64,000 nt of DNA, from positions 448,001-512,000 of the forward strand of contig CAVUWA010000009.1 of the NCBI GenBank assembly GCA_963744995.1. Direction: 5' to 3'. Made by a program: the position numbers and the translations under genes. This DNA is from Candidatus Eiseniibacteriota bacterium. GTDB taxonomy: Bacteria; Eisenbacteria; RBG-16-71-46. Shown in pieces: positions 55,393 through 64,000 of the stretch (its first letter is position 1; every line of letters starts with the position of its first letter). The notes beneath the pieces were generated by a model. The model did no database searches. It was not told the DNA's origin and saw only the letters and a program-made list of their open reading frames with translations.

Positions 55393-58300
55393 CTAGGCCC
55401 CGCGGCTGCCGCGCGACTTTTCGAGCGCGACCATGCGCGCGATCGCGTCCAGGGTGAGCTCGTCTTTGCCGAGCTCGCGCAGCCGCGCCCACTCGACGCG
55501 CAACTCCGCCGCCAGCGCTTCGGGCAGCGTGCGCAGCCAGCCTTCGATGCGCAGGTCCACGAACTCGCGCTTCTCTTCGATCGTCAGCTCGCGCGCGAGC
55601 AGCAGGCGCGTGGCGTCCTCGGCGTCGACCAGCGACTGGAGGATCGGCCAGCGCGCGCCGGGTGGCGTGTCGCACAGCGCCGCGAACGCGACGCTCGACG
55701 TCTCGCGGATCAGCTCCTCTTCACGCGTCGTCCGACTCTCGTGCGTCTTCGTCTCATCCCAGCTCTCCGACTCCTCGGCCATGTAGCGAAGGTATTCCAT
55801 GGCGAAGAGACAGGTGGGTAAAACCAGCTCGGCGCGCGGACGCGCGTCCACCCACAGCGCGGCGGCCGCACGCTGGCAGCGGCGCTCCGTCGTCTCGGCG
55901 AGCCCGCGGCCGAACACCAGCGCGGCGGCCTCCCGAACGAAGAACGGCAGTTCGCCCGCCACGATCTCGCGGTAGCCCGGCGCATGGCGCCGGAGCAGCA
56001 CGGCGGCGCGCCGGTCCAGCACCTCGAGATCGCTCGTGACCGCCGGCAGGCCGAGCGTGGTGCAGCCGAGGTTGAAGACGATCGCGCGCGGCAGCGTGAC
56101 GCCCTCGGGCCACGCATCGCGCAGATCCCGGTTGTCGGGAAGCCCGGCGCCGCCGCCCCACTCCTCGGGGTAGGTGGGAATCGAGCGTCCGTAGTTGGCC
56201 GACCCGGTGGCGCGGATCCGCACGCGGGTCTGCGGCACCAGCCCGCCGAACGGCGCCAGCAGAGGCGCGATGCGCAGCAGCGTCCCGGTATGCGCGGCGG
56301 CGCCCGCCTCTAGCAGGCGCATGAGGGTCTCGGCGTCCGCGGGCGGCATCGCCGGCGCGGCCGGCAGCGTCTCGGCGGCTTCGCGCAGCGCGGCGGCGAG
56401 CCGCTCGGTCTCCGCGGGCGCGTCCGCCCGGATGCCCTGCAGGGTGACGCCGTCGGCGCGCGCGAAGCCGGCGACCACCCCGGGCCGCTCGAGGTCGAAG
56501 CCGCCGCGGAACCCCGCACGTCCCGCGCCGACCAAAAACGTGACGCGCGGCGCCGGTTCGCCCGCCTTCGCGGCGCGCGCGGCGAGCCGGCGCTCGGCCT
56601 CGGCGCGCCCGGCGAGGGTGAGGGCCAGCGCCGCATCGGTGGCGATCTTGCCGCTCTGTTCGGCGGTGTCGGACATCGCGACGAACACCCGCACCACGGC
56701 ATCGTCGCCGTCGAAGCCGTCGCGGAACGAGTCCGGGCCGGGCGCGTCGGCATGCCCCCCGCCGCGCGCCAGCGCACGATAGAACGCTTCGACGAACTCG
56801 GGCAGATGCGCCAGCGCGCCGACGTTCTCGCAGAGCGGGACGAGCCGGACCTGCGCGACCTTCGCCGCGAATCCGGCCCGTCGCGCGGGCGGAATGCGCC
56901 CTGCGAGGAACGCGTCCGCCTGTTCGCCTGCGCCCAGCAGCCCCGTGATCGCGGCGCGATAGAGCGTGCCGATCTTGACCAGCGCACCGATCTCGGCGGC
57001 GGAGTTGATCTGCGGCACCGTGAGCTCCGGAAAGGCGTTCCGGCGCGGCGTCACCCCGAGGGCCTCGCAGGCCAGCAGGAACAGCAGATTCGCGCGCGCG
57101 ACCGCGGCGAGAATCTTGACGATCTTCTCCTCGTCGGCTTCGAGGAACGGATTCGGCACGCGGAAGAGCAGGTGCCGGTCCTCGCCCGGCACCACGCCGT
57201 GGCGCAACAGGGCGAGCACGGTCTTCTCCGGAAGATCGAGCCACTCCGGGCTGATCTGCCTGCCCTCGAAATCGAGCAGCACCTCGTTGCAGGTGCCGAG
57301 CAGGTCGCAGATCGACTCCTCGAATTCGGTACGGGCGTCTACCAGCGGATTCCATTCCAGGTGCTGGAGGGCGGTGCGCGCGCGTTCCGGCCCCGCGGGG
57401 GCCGCACTGAGGGCGCGCTCGAGCTGGGCGGCGCGGTGTGCGGTGGAGTCCGGGTGCTTGGTGGCGGTCAAGCGGATGTCGCCCTCGCGCGGGCGCTCGC
57501 GGAACGTGCGCCGGGCGGCGGTGAACGCCTCGCGATCGAGGGCGTCCAGGGCGTCGTAGCCGGTCACTTGACACGCGCTGTTCCAGACGGCGTCTTCGAT
57601 GCTCCTGCCGGCGGCGCCCGTCGTCCGCGCGCCCGCACCGAGGCGGCCCTGCGTTTCGATGCACGCCTTCAGGCGGTCGACGAACACGGCCAGCTCCTTG
57701 ACGTCCTTGGAGCCGTAGGAGAGGCGCTGCCACGTTCCGAAGCGCGCCGGATCCGCGCCCGCGAACGCCACGAACGGGATCCCGCCCACGCCGCCCGCGA
57801 GCAGCAGCTCGAAGGCGTCCACCGAGTTCTTCACCACCGCGCGCTCGCGCACGCCGTGTCGCCGCCGCTCGTACGGCTCGCCGACGAGACCCGGAAACGC
57901 CAGCGGGGCGTAGAAGGTGCCGCCGAAATCGGTGCGCTCGACGCCCAGGGGCGCCAGCGCGTCCGCCGCCTGGGCCATGAAGTCGCGCCTCTCGCGCATG
58001 TAGGGCGAGGGACGGCGCAGGCCGGCCAGCGGGCTCTGCAGCGCGGCGAGCGCCCAGTCCTGAGCGAGCGTCGACGGGGTGGCCACCAGCCAGGCCGAGA
58101 GGTGGGCGAGGATCTCGCTCGCTTTGACGCCGTCCGCGCGGATCTGATCCGAGATCACCAGCCAGCAGGCGCGCGCCCCGGTCGAGGCGCCGAACATGTC
58201 CATCTTCGAGAGGCCCGAGAGCGTCACCACCCAGTCGCGCCACTCGGGGTCGGCGAACGCGGGATTGACGAACCAGCCGGAATAGTCGAGGCGCTGGTAG

Positions 58301-58968
58301 ACCGAGTCGTACAGCACGAACGCGCGATGCCGCACGGCGACACGGACCAGCTCTTCCACGAGTGCGCGCGGATAGACGCGCCCGGTGGGGTTGTGGGGGT
58401 TGTTGAGGATCACCGAGGCGATACCGCCACCGGCGAGCAGCGCATCGAGGTCGCCGGGATCGGGGAGAAACTCGGGCGGCGACGTCGCCAGCTCGACCAC
58501 CCGCTTTCCGGCGCGCTCGACGTACCAGTCGTACTCCCAGCTCGGGCGCGGCACGACCACGCCGGCGCCGTCGGCGCCGAGCACTTCGAGCACCATGGCG
58601 AGGCCCGAGCGCGTGCCGGGGGTGAACAGGACCTCATCGGGAAGGAAGCGCACCTCGGACTCGGGATAGTCGAGCAGCCCGTCCCGATTGAAGAACTCCG
58701 CCACCTCGCTGCGCACGTCCATGCGGCCAATCGCCGGACCGTAGCTGTGGACCGTATTGCGGGTGATCCGCTGCGCCGCGCGCACGACTTCGGGGTGCGG
58801 TGCGAAGTCGGCGTTCTTGTAGTCGCCCTGGGTGAGGTCGAGCGCGCCTTCCTGCTGCACGCGACGGGAGAACAGGCGGACGTACGGCTCGGGCGTGAGC
58901 AGCGCACGGGCCGAGAGCGTCGGCGCCGCAGGAATCACCCGCGTCCCGGATGAGGCGGTGGTCTTCAA
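55393..58968 (-). CDS. Fusion of a class I/II PLP aminotransferase and an archaeal-type PEP carboxylase (PpcA-like) domain
   Basis: GGAGG SD with TTG at 58968. N-half has NNPHNPTG, YDSVY, SGLSK and RLSY. C-half has ATKHPD, DFEGR, FRVPNP, VPLCE, RVFVAMSD, GAGRAGFRG and LPRAI. Confidence 0.82.
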   Translation of the reverse strand: MKTTASSGTRVIPAAPTLSARALLTPEPYVRLFSRRVQQEGALDLTQGDYKNADFAPHPEVVRAAQRITRNTVHSYGPAIGRMDVRSEVAEFFNRDGLLDYPESEVRFLPDEVLFTPGTRSGLAMVLEVLGADGAGVVVPRPSWEYDWYVERAGKRVVELATSPPEFLPDPGDLDALLAGGGIASVILNNPHNPTGRVYPRALVEELVRVAVRHRAFVLYDSVYQRLDYSGWFVNPAFADPEWRDWVVTLSGLSKMDMFGASTGARACWLVISDQIRADGVKASEILAHLSAWLVATPSTLAQDWALAALQSPLAGLRRPSPYMRERRDFMAQAADALAPLGVERTDFGGTFYAPLAFPGLVGEPYERRRHGVRERAVVKNSVDAFELLLAGGVGGIPFVAFAGADPARFGTWQRLSYGSKDVKELAVFVDRLKACIETQGRLGAGARTTGAAGRSIEDAVWNSACQVTGYDALDALDREAFTAARRTFRERPREGDIRLTATKHPDSTAHRAAQLERALSAAPAGPERARTALQHLEWNPLVDARTEFEESICDLLGTCNEVLLDFEGRQISPEWLDLPEKTVLALLRHGVVPGEDRHLLFRVPNPFLEADEEKIVKILAAVARANLLFLLACEALGVTPRRNAFPELTVPQINSAAEIGALVKIGTLYRAAITGLLGAGEQADAFLAGRIPPARRAGFAAKVAQVRLVPLCENVGALAHLPEFVEAFYRALARGGGHADAPGPDSFRDGFDGDDAVVRVFVAMSDTAEQSGKIATDAALALTLAGRAEAERRLAARAAKAGEPAPRVTFLVGAGRAGFRGGFDLERPGVVAGFARADGVTLQGIRADAPAETERLAAALREAAETLPAAPAMPPADAETLMRLLEAGAAAHTGTLLRIAPLLAPFGGLVPQTRVRIRATGSANYGRSIPTYPEEWGGGAGLPDNRDLRDAWPEGVTLPRAIVFNLGCTTLGLPAVTSDLEVLDRRAAVLLRRHAPGYREIVAGELPFFVREAAALVFGRGLAETTERRCQRAAAALWVDARPRAELVLPTCLFAMEYLRYMAEESESWDETKTHESRTTREEELIRETSSVAFAALCDTPPGARWPILQSLVDAEDATRLLLARELTIEEKREFVDLRIEGWLRTLPEALAAELRVEWARLRELGKDELTLDAIARMVALEKSRGSRGA

Positions 58969-59155
58969 GCGCTGTCCTCCGGATCTCGGCCGCCGGCCGG
59001 CATCGAACCCGCTGCGGGCGACACCGACGCGACGCGAAGTGCGCCATCCTAGAGGATCCGCCGCGCGGGCGCGACGTGATCGCCGCGCCGCTGGAATCCG
59101 GACTCTTGACCCCGCATTCACAACCGGGCCGCGGCGCGGGTTCATCACAAGGAGC

Positions 59156-59563
59156 ATGAGGACCGCCCGCGGACCCGGGCAGCTCACGAGAACCGGCGTT
59201 CTGTTTCCGATGGTGCTCCTTCTCGCCGGAGCCGATGCCGGCGGCGCCTGTACGATGGCGGTCGCCGCGCCGGACCTGTGCAGACCGGTCTGCCGCGCGC
59301 CCGAAGCCGCCGCGGCGCAGGAGCCGCCCGAAGCGGGCATCGCGTGCCCCGCCTGCCGGGCTCCGGAAGCGGCGGTTGCCGCCGATGATCCGCGCGAAAC
59401 GCGGTTCGTTTCGCCTCGAGCCCTTCCGGCAACCCATGCCCGCGAAGGCGACGGCACCTCGCCGGGCACCGCGGCCCGGCGCCGCGTGGCGGCGTTCGAA
59501 GGTCCGTGCCCTGCGAACAGCGCCCCCGCCGCTCACGCGGCCAGGCCGCCTCCGCAGGTCTGA
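59156..59563 (+). CDS. Putative DUF2946-like leader protein (CxxC plus C-terminal RPPP)
   Basis: Hydrophobic N-terminus, CRPVC and CPAC, and terminal ARPPPQV. An alternative start lies at 59210. Confidence 0.5.
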   Translation: MRTARGPGQLTRTGVLFPMVLLLAGADAGGACTMAVAAPDLCRPVCRAPEAAAAQEPPEAGIACPACRAPEAAVAADDPRETRFVSPRALPATHAREGDGTSPGTAARRRVAAFEGPCPANSAPAAHAARPPPQV

Positions 59564-59729
59564 TCGCGCAGCCACCTGTCCGCGACCTCCGGCGCCGGCG
59601 CCGTTCGCGGGCGGCAGATCGGCGCCAACGCGGCGCACCCCCGCATCGCGCGGGAGTGGAGCGCCGCCTGGACATGGACGACGGGCGTGACGACGCCCCG
59701 CGGGGGCGCACGCCTCGGAGGAGTGACCG

Positions 59730-60266
59730 ATGAGGAAACACTGGTATTGGGTAACGGCCCTGCTGATGGGGGCCCTGATCTTCAGCGCGGGGGCCTACGA
59801 GGCGGCCACCGCCCAGATGGGCGGCATGCACGCCCACGGAACGCAGCCGCAGCAGATGTCCCCGCAGACGGGCCACGGCGCGGCGCCGCAGGCGATGGCG
59901 CAGATGAAGGATGCCGACGCCGCCATGCGTACGGCGCGGACCCGGATGATGTCCGAGCTGCGCGCTTCGGACGCCAGACTCGACGCCCTGATCTCGAAGA
60001 TGAACTCGACCACCGGAGCGCGGAAGGCGGACGCGATGGCGCAGGCGATCACGGAGCTGGCCGCGCAGCGCCGCGAGATGTGGGACCAGGTCATGGCGAT
60101 GCAGCCGCTGATGATGCGCGACATGATGGGCCACATGCAGGTGGGCATGATCGACGGCATGGACAGGTCCATGGGTTCGATGATGAACGCAAGCGGCATG
60201 CAGAGCGGTCGGGCATCCACGTCGGACGGCGGGATGAGCGCAGGGCACGGGTCGCAGCATCGATGA
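59730..60266 (+). CDS. Secreted Met/His-rich helical protein, possibly metal-binding
   Basis: GGAGGAG SD, signal peptide and a very Met-rich C-half. Confidence 0.75.
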   Translation: MRKHWYWVTALLMGALIFSAGAYEAATAQMGGMHAHGTQPQQMSPQTGHGAAPQAMAQMKDADAAMRTARTRMMSELRASDARLDALISKMNSTTGARKADAMAQAITELAAQRREMWDQVMAMQPLMMRDMMGHMQVGMIDGMDRSMGSMMNASGMQSGRASTSDGGMSAGHGSQHR

Positions 60267-60350
60267 CGCCGATCGGCGGAGTCGGGTGCGAGATCCGGCA
60301 CCGACGCCACGATCGTGCCGCTGGTTCAATCGAAGGAAGGGGGGGTGGAC

Positions 60351-60566
60351 ATGCATGGTTGGGGAGTAATGGGAGGCGCGGGCTGGACGTCGCTGCTGTG
60401 GGTTTTCGTTCTGGCCCTGGCGCTCTTTCTGTTCTGGTCGTTCGTGCCGGGCACGCGCGGTCGCGGCGACAGCGATACGCCCGAAACGATTCTGAAACGC
60501 CGCTATGCGCACGGCGACATCAGCCGGGAGGAGTACGAGCGAAGACTTCAGGACTTGAGGAGATAG
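60351..60566 (+). CDS. SHOCT domain membrane protein
   Basis: One TM segment followed by PETILKRRYAHGDISREEYERRLQDL. Confidence 0.88.
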   Translation: MHGWGVMGGAGWTSLLWVFVLALALFLFWSFVPGTRGRGDSDTPETILKRRYAHGDISREEYERRLQDLRR

Positions 60567-60590
60567 CCGGCGTGGGTGTGCGACCGGCCG

Positions 60591-61262
60591 TCAGCCGGCC
60601 CGCTCCACGTCCATGAGCAGCCGGCCCGCCGCGCGCGCCAGCGCATCGCTCCATTCGTGCCCGCCGTCGAATACCAGCGCTTCGGCGTCCGGGCGCTGCG
60701 TGCGCAGGTGCGCGACGTCGGCTTCGAGCCGGGCCGGCGTGTACCACTCGTCGCGGGCCCCGGTGGCGGCCAGCACGCGCGGCCAGGAACGGGACGCGCC
60801 GGCCTTGAGCTCCGGCGGCACGTCGCCGCAACAGGCCACGATGCCCGCGCATTCGCGGCGGCCGAGCAGCGCGGCGCGATAGGCCATCGCCACACCCTGC
60901 GAGAAGCCGGCGAACACGATCGCGCGCGGCGCCCCGAACTCCGCCGCCAGCCGGTCGAGCACGGTGTCCACCCATCTCACGTTGTCGGCGATCGCCAGCT
61001 CGCGGTCCTGGGAAGTCATCCATCCTGCGACGATCGCCTGTCCGCGCCGCGTGTAGTAGCGGTTCAGTCCCTGCACCGACGCCGCGAGCCAGCCCGTCCC
61101 ACGCGGCACGCGCTCGAGCGACGTCATGAATTCATCCGCGGTCTGCCCCTGGCCGTGGAAGCCCACGAACCACGCCGCACGGCCCGCCGCCCGGTGCGGG
61201 CGCACGACATAGCGGCCGTGGACTTCGGTCGTGGCGTGGCGCAGCAGGGGAGCGTCGGTCAT
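60591..61262 (-). CDS. Phospholipase/carboxylesterase
   Basis: GFHG, GFSQG nucleophile, GARDE and FDGGH. Confidence 0.88.
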   Translation of the reverse strand: MTDAPLLRHATTEVHGRYVVRPHRAAGRAAWFVGFHGQGQTADEFMTSLERVPRGTGWLAASVQGLNRYYTRRGQAIVAGWMTSQDRELAIADNVRWVDTVLDRLAAEFGAPRAIVFAGFSQGVAMAYRAALLGRRECAGIVACCGDVPPELKAGASRSWPRVLAATGARDEWYTPARLEADVAHLRTQRPDAEALVFDGGHEWSDALARAAGRLLMDVERAG

Positions 61263-61376
61263 GGCGCGGCAGTATAGCCGCAGATCGTGGCGGAACCGGT
61301 GGAATGCGCCTCGCAGGGCGCCGGACCCGCCGCGAATCGGGCCGGGCCGCTACCGGTCTGCCGCCGTACTCCGGCG

Positions 61377-62297
61377 TCAGGAGCGGACGCGGACCTCGGA
61401 GCTCCGGGTGCCCGGGATCGCGGAGCTGTCCGGTACGATCGCCGCCAGCGACCCCCGTGCGCGCCAGAACAGCCAGGCCGTGATTCCGATGGTCAGCGCC
61501 AGCGCAATGCCGAATTCACCCGTCAGCCAGCGCGTCGCGCCCCGGTCCACCGTCACGCGGTCGAAGAACTCCTGCACGTAGAGGTTGTGGACGCCATGCA
61601 GGATGGCCGCGGGCCAGAGGCTGCCCGAGTGCAGCCGCAGCCACGCGAGCGGGAACGATACCGCGATCACGCTCATGGCGAAGCACAGGATGCCGTACCA
61701 GGCAGGCGTTCCCGCGTTGTAGTCCGAGAAGACGATGAGCGGCAGGTGCCACACCGCCCAGATCAGTCCACTCACCACCGCCGTGCGGGTGAAGGACAAC
61801 CGTTCGGCGAGGGCGGGCACGAGGAAGCCGCGCCAGCCGATCTCTTCGCCGGTCGCGAGCAGCAGGCTGGAGAAGGTTCCCATCCCGACGAACAGCCAGG
61901 GGTTGAGCTCGAACTTCGCCAGATCGACGCCGCCGAGTCCCGTGAGCCAGACGCCGCCGTACGCGACGATCGCGTAGCCGATCGGCACCGCGTAGGCGAG
62001 CCCGGCCCAGCGCCACGCCGGCCAGCGCCAGCCGAGGCCGCGCACGTTGCGGTGGAAGACGAGCCGTGCGCTGAGCGCGCCTACGGCAGGACACCACATC
62101 AGGGGGAACACCCAGCCACCGGCCGGTCCTTCGAGTCCTCCGCCCGCGATGATGATCCGATAGAAGATCGCGCTCAGAGCGAACGTCACCACAAGGAACG
62201 TCAGCAGCTCGCCGCGCGAATGGGCGGCGAGCGCAGCGGCGTCTTTCGCGCGTACAGCGGCGCGGGCCGGACCGGAGGACGCGGGGGGCGTCGACAT
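61377..62297 (-). CDS. CPBP (Abi/CAAX) intramembrane protease
   Basis: GEEIGWRGFL, WAVWHLP and AILHGVHN. Confidence 0.9.
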   Translation of the reverse strand: MSTPPASSGPARAAVRAKDAAALAAHSRGELLTFLVVTFALSAIFYRIIIAGGGLEGPAGGWVFPLMWCPAVGALSARLVFHRNVRGLGWRWPAWRWAGLAYAVPIGYAIVAYGGVWLTGLGGVDLAKFELNPWLFVGMGTFSSLLLATGEEIGWRGFLVPALAERLSFTRTAVVSGLIWAVWHLPLIVFSDYNAGTPAWYGILCFAMSVIAVSFPLAWLRLHSGSLWPAAILHGVHNLYVQEFFDRVTVDRGATRWLTGEFGIALALTIGITAWLFWRARGSLAAIVPDSSAIPGTRSSEVRVRS

Positions 62298-62384
62298 GAG
62301 GCCCGCGACGTTATCACAGGAACGCGGCAGACCCGGCGGCGGATCGGCCTGCCGAACGCCTCCGGCTTGAGGTAGATTCCCGCG

Positions 62385-62755
62385 ATGCCGCTCTGTCCCG
62401 GTGCCCGACTCGGCGTCCATCAGATCCTTTCTGCGCCCGGCGCAGGGGGAATGGGCGAGGTCTACCGCGCACCGGATACGCGCCTCGGCCGTGAGGGGGC
62501 GGTCAAGGTCCTGTCCGCCGCCGTCGCCACCCATGCGGAGCGCCTGGCCCGATTCGAGCATGAGGCCCGCACCGTGATCGCGCTCAACCGAGGCGGGCTT
62601 CAGGCGTGCCATCGAGCTCAGCCCGAGCTGCGCCGACGCCTGCGACCTCCATGGAGGCCTGTGCGCGTCGCTCGAGCGCTTCGATGGGGCGATCGAGCTC
62701 GAGGCACCACCATCCTCGATTCGTCGCATTGCCGGAGCAGATGAAGCTCCTCTAG
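62385..62755 (+). pseudogene. Internally deleted Ser/Thr kinase-TPR pseudogene
   Basis: Kinase N-lobe (GAGGMGEVYRA...RFEHEARTVIALN), a TPR piece in frame +1 and a C-terminal piece in frame +2. Confidence 0.8.
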
Positions 62756-62812
62756 TACCGGCGAGCGCGGCCCGAATCCCCTCATGGCGGAACGTCCCGG
62801 AAAGGAGGCGAG

Positions 62813-64000
62813 TTGCGCGACACGACGCTGCTGTTCCTGACCCGCTCGCTGCGACTTTTCGCCTACGGCTTCCTCTCCATCGTCCTCGTTCTCTACCTCG
62901 CTGAGATCGGGCTCGGTGACGCGGTCGTCGGTGCCCTCCTTGCGCTGACCCTGCTGGGTGACGCCGGCATCTCCCTGTGGATCACGACGCGGGCCGATCG
63001 CGTGGGGCGCCGGAGGATGCTGATCGCCGGCGCGCTCCTCATGTTCGCGGGTGGCGCCGTGTTCCTGCTCACCCAACGCATCGAGTGGCTCGTATTCGCC
63101 GCGATCGTGGGCGTCGTGAGCCCGAGTGGCAAGGAAGTGGGACCGTTCCTGTCGATCGAGCAGGCGGCCCTTTCGCAGCTCGTGCCCGACCGCGACCGCA
63201 CGCGCGTCTTCGCCTGGTACAACCTCGCAGGATCGTTCGCGACGGCCATCGGAGCGTTGGTCGCCGGCTGGATCACGCACCTGGCGGTGGGACACGGCCT
63301 GTCCCCGGTCGACGCCTACCGCATGCTGCTGGGCGCGTACGCCGCCACCGGTCTGGCGCTGGCGGGCATGTTCGCCGGCCTGTCGTCGGCCGTAGAGACG
63401 CCACCGGCGACGGAACCGGGTTCGGCCCGGATACGCTTCGGCCTGCACCGATCGGGTCCGATCGTGGCGAGGCTCAGCGCCCTGTTCGCCCTCGACGCCT
63501 TCGCGGGAGGCTTCATCCTGCAGAGCGTGCTGGCCTACTGGTTTCACGTCCGATTCGGCGCCAGCACGGTCGCGCTCGGCAATCTGTTCTTCGCCGCCAA
63601 CCTCCTCGCGGCGGCGTCCGCGCTGCTGGCGCATCGCATCGCACGGCGCATCGGACTCGTGCGCACCATGGTCTTCACGCATCTGCCGTCCAACGTGCTG
63701 CTGGTCCTCGTGCCCCTGATGCCGAATATGGCGGGGGCCATGGCCCTGCTGCTGGCCCGCTTCGCGATCTCGCAGATGGACGTGCCGACGCGTCAGTCCT
63801 ACACGATGGCGGTCGTGGCCCCGGATGAGCGCGCGGCGGCCGCCGGCGTCACCGGCATCGCCCGCTCGCTGGGCGCCGCCCTGGCGCCCGCGATCGGCGG
63901 CACGCTGATGCTCGGCGGAACGGGCGCGCCGCTGTTCATCGCAGGCGGGCTCAAGATCCTCTACGACATGCTGCTCTACCGCGCATTCCATGGAATGCCG
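62813..64000 (+). CDS. MFS transporter (3' end truncated by window edge)
   Basis: AAGGAGG SD with TTG start, ADRVGRRR motif A, GPFLSIEQAAL and SQMDVPTRQSY. It is missing from the ORF track because no stop falls inside the window. Confidence 0.9.
   Translation, partial: MRDTTLLFLTRSLRLFAYGFLSIVLVLYLAEIGLGDAVVGALLALTLLGDAGISLWITTRADRVGRRRMLIAGALLMFAGGAVFLLTQRIEWLVFAAIVGVVSPSGKEVGPFLSIEQAALSQLVPDRDRTRVFAWYNLAGSFATAIGALVAGWITHLAVGHGLSPVDAYRMLLGAYAATGLALAGMFAGLSSAVETPPATEPGSARIRFGLHRSGPIVARLSALFALDAFAGGFILQSVLAYWFHVRFGASTVALGNLFFAANLLAAASALLAHRIARRIGLVRTMVFTHLPSNVLLVLVPLMPNMAGAMALLLARFAISQMDVPTRQSYTMAVVAPDERAAAAGVTGIARSLGAALAPAIGGTLMLGGTGAPLFIAGGLKILYDMLLYRAFHGMP

Noticed and set aside
58969..59469. 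N-terminal extension of the 1358-aa ORF
   Set aside because: The sequence is low-complexity and overlaps the opposite-strand leader ORF. GGAGG plus TTG at 58968 is the better start.

Overview
A very GC-rich bacterial chromosomal segment with about 55 protein genes, one tRNA-Pro(CGG) and several gene remnants. I saw no rRNA, CRISPR array, integrase or transposase. A C-terminal SWGxLKxxYR protein, a FlgD-like tail remnant and eukaryotic-like Ser/Thr kinases suggest an FCB-group lineage such as Ca. Eisenbacteria (inference only). Housekeeping genes include surE, pcm, acyP, an RpoS-like sigma factor, apt, dut and glnS. The strongest candidates for undescribed biology are: (1) a three-gene module of an exported HipA/PI4K-like kinase, an Omp85-family barrel and an NTT-type ATP/ADP translocase (28929-33154), which may fuel extracytoplasmic phosphorylation; (2) a single ORF fusing a class I PLP aminotransferase to an archaeal-type PEP carboxylase (55393-58968); (3) a coupled VOC dioxygenase / Rieske oxygenase / A-T-TE / GT-C operon (13242-19733); (4) a CxxC + RPPP leader ORF upstream of Met-rich, probably copper-related genes (59156-60566); and (5) recurring TAnnnT boxes 6-8 nt before start codons, suggesting leaderless transcription. 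All calls come from reading motifs by eye; no database search was run.
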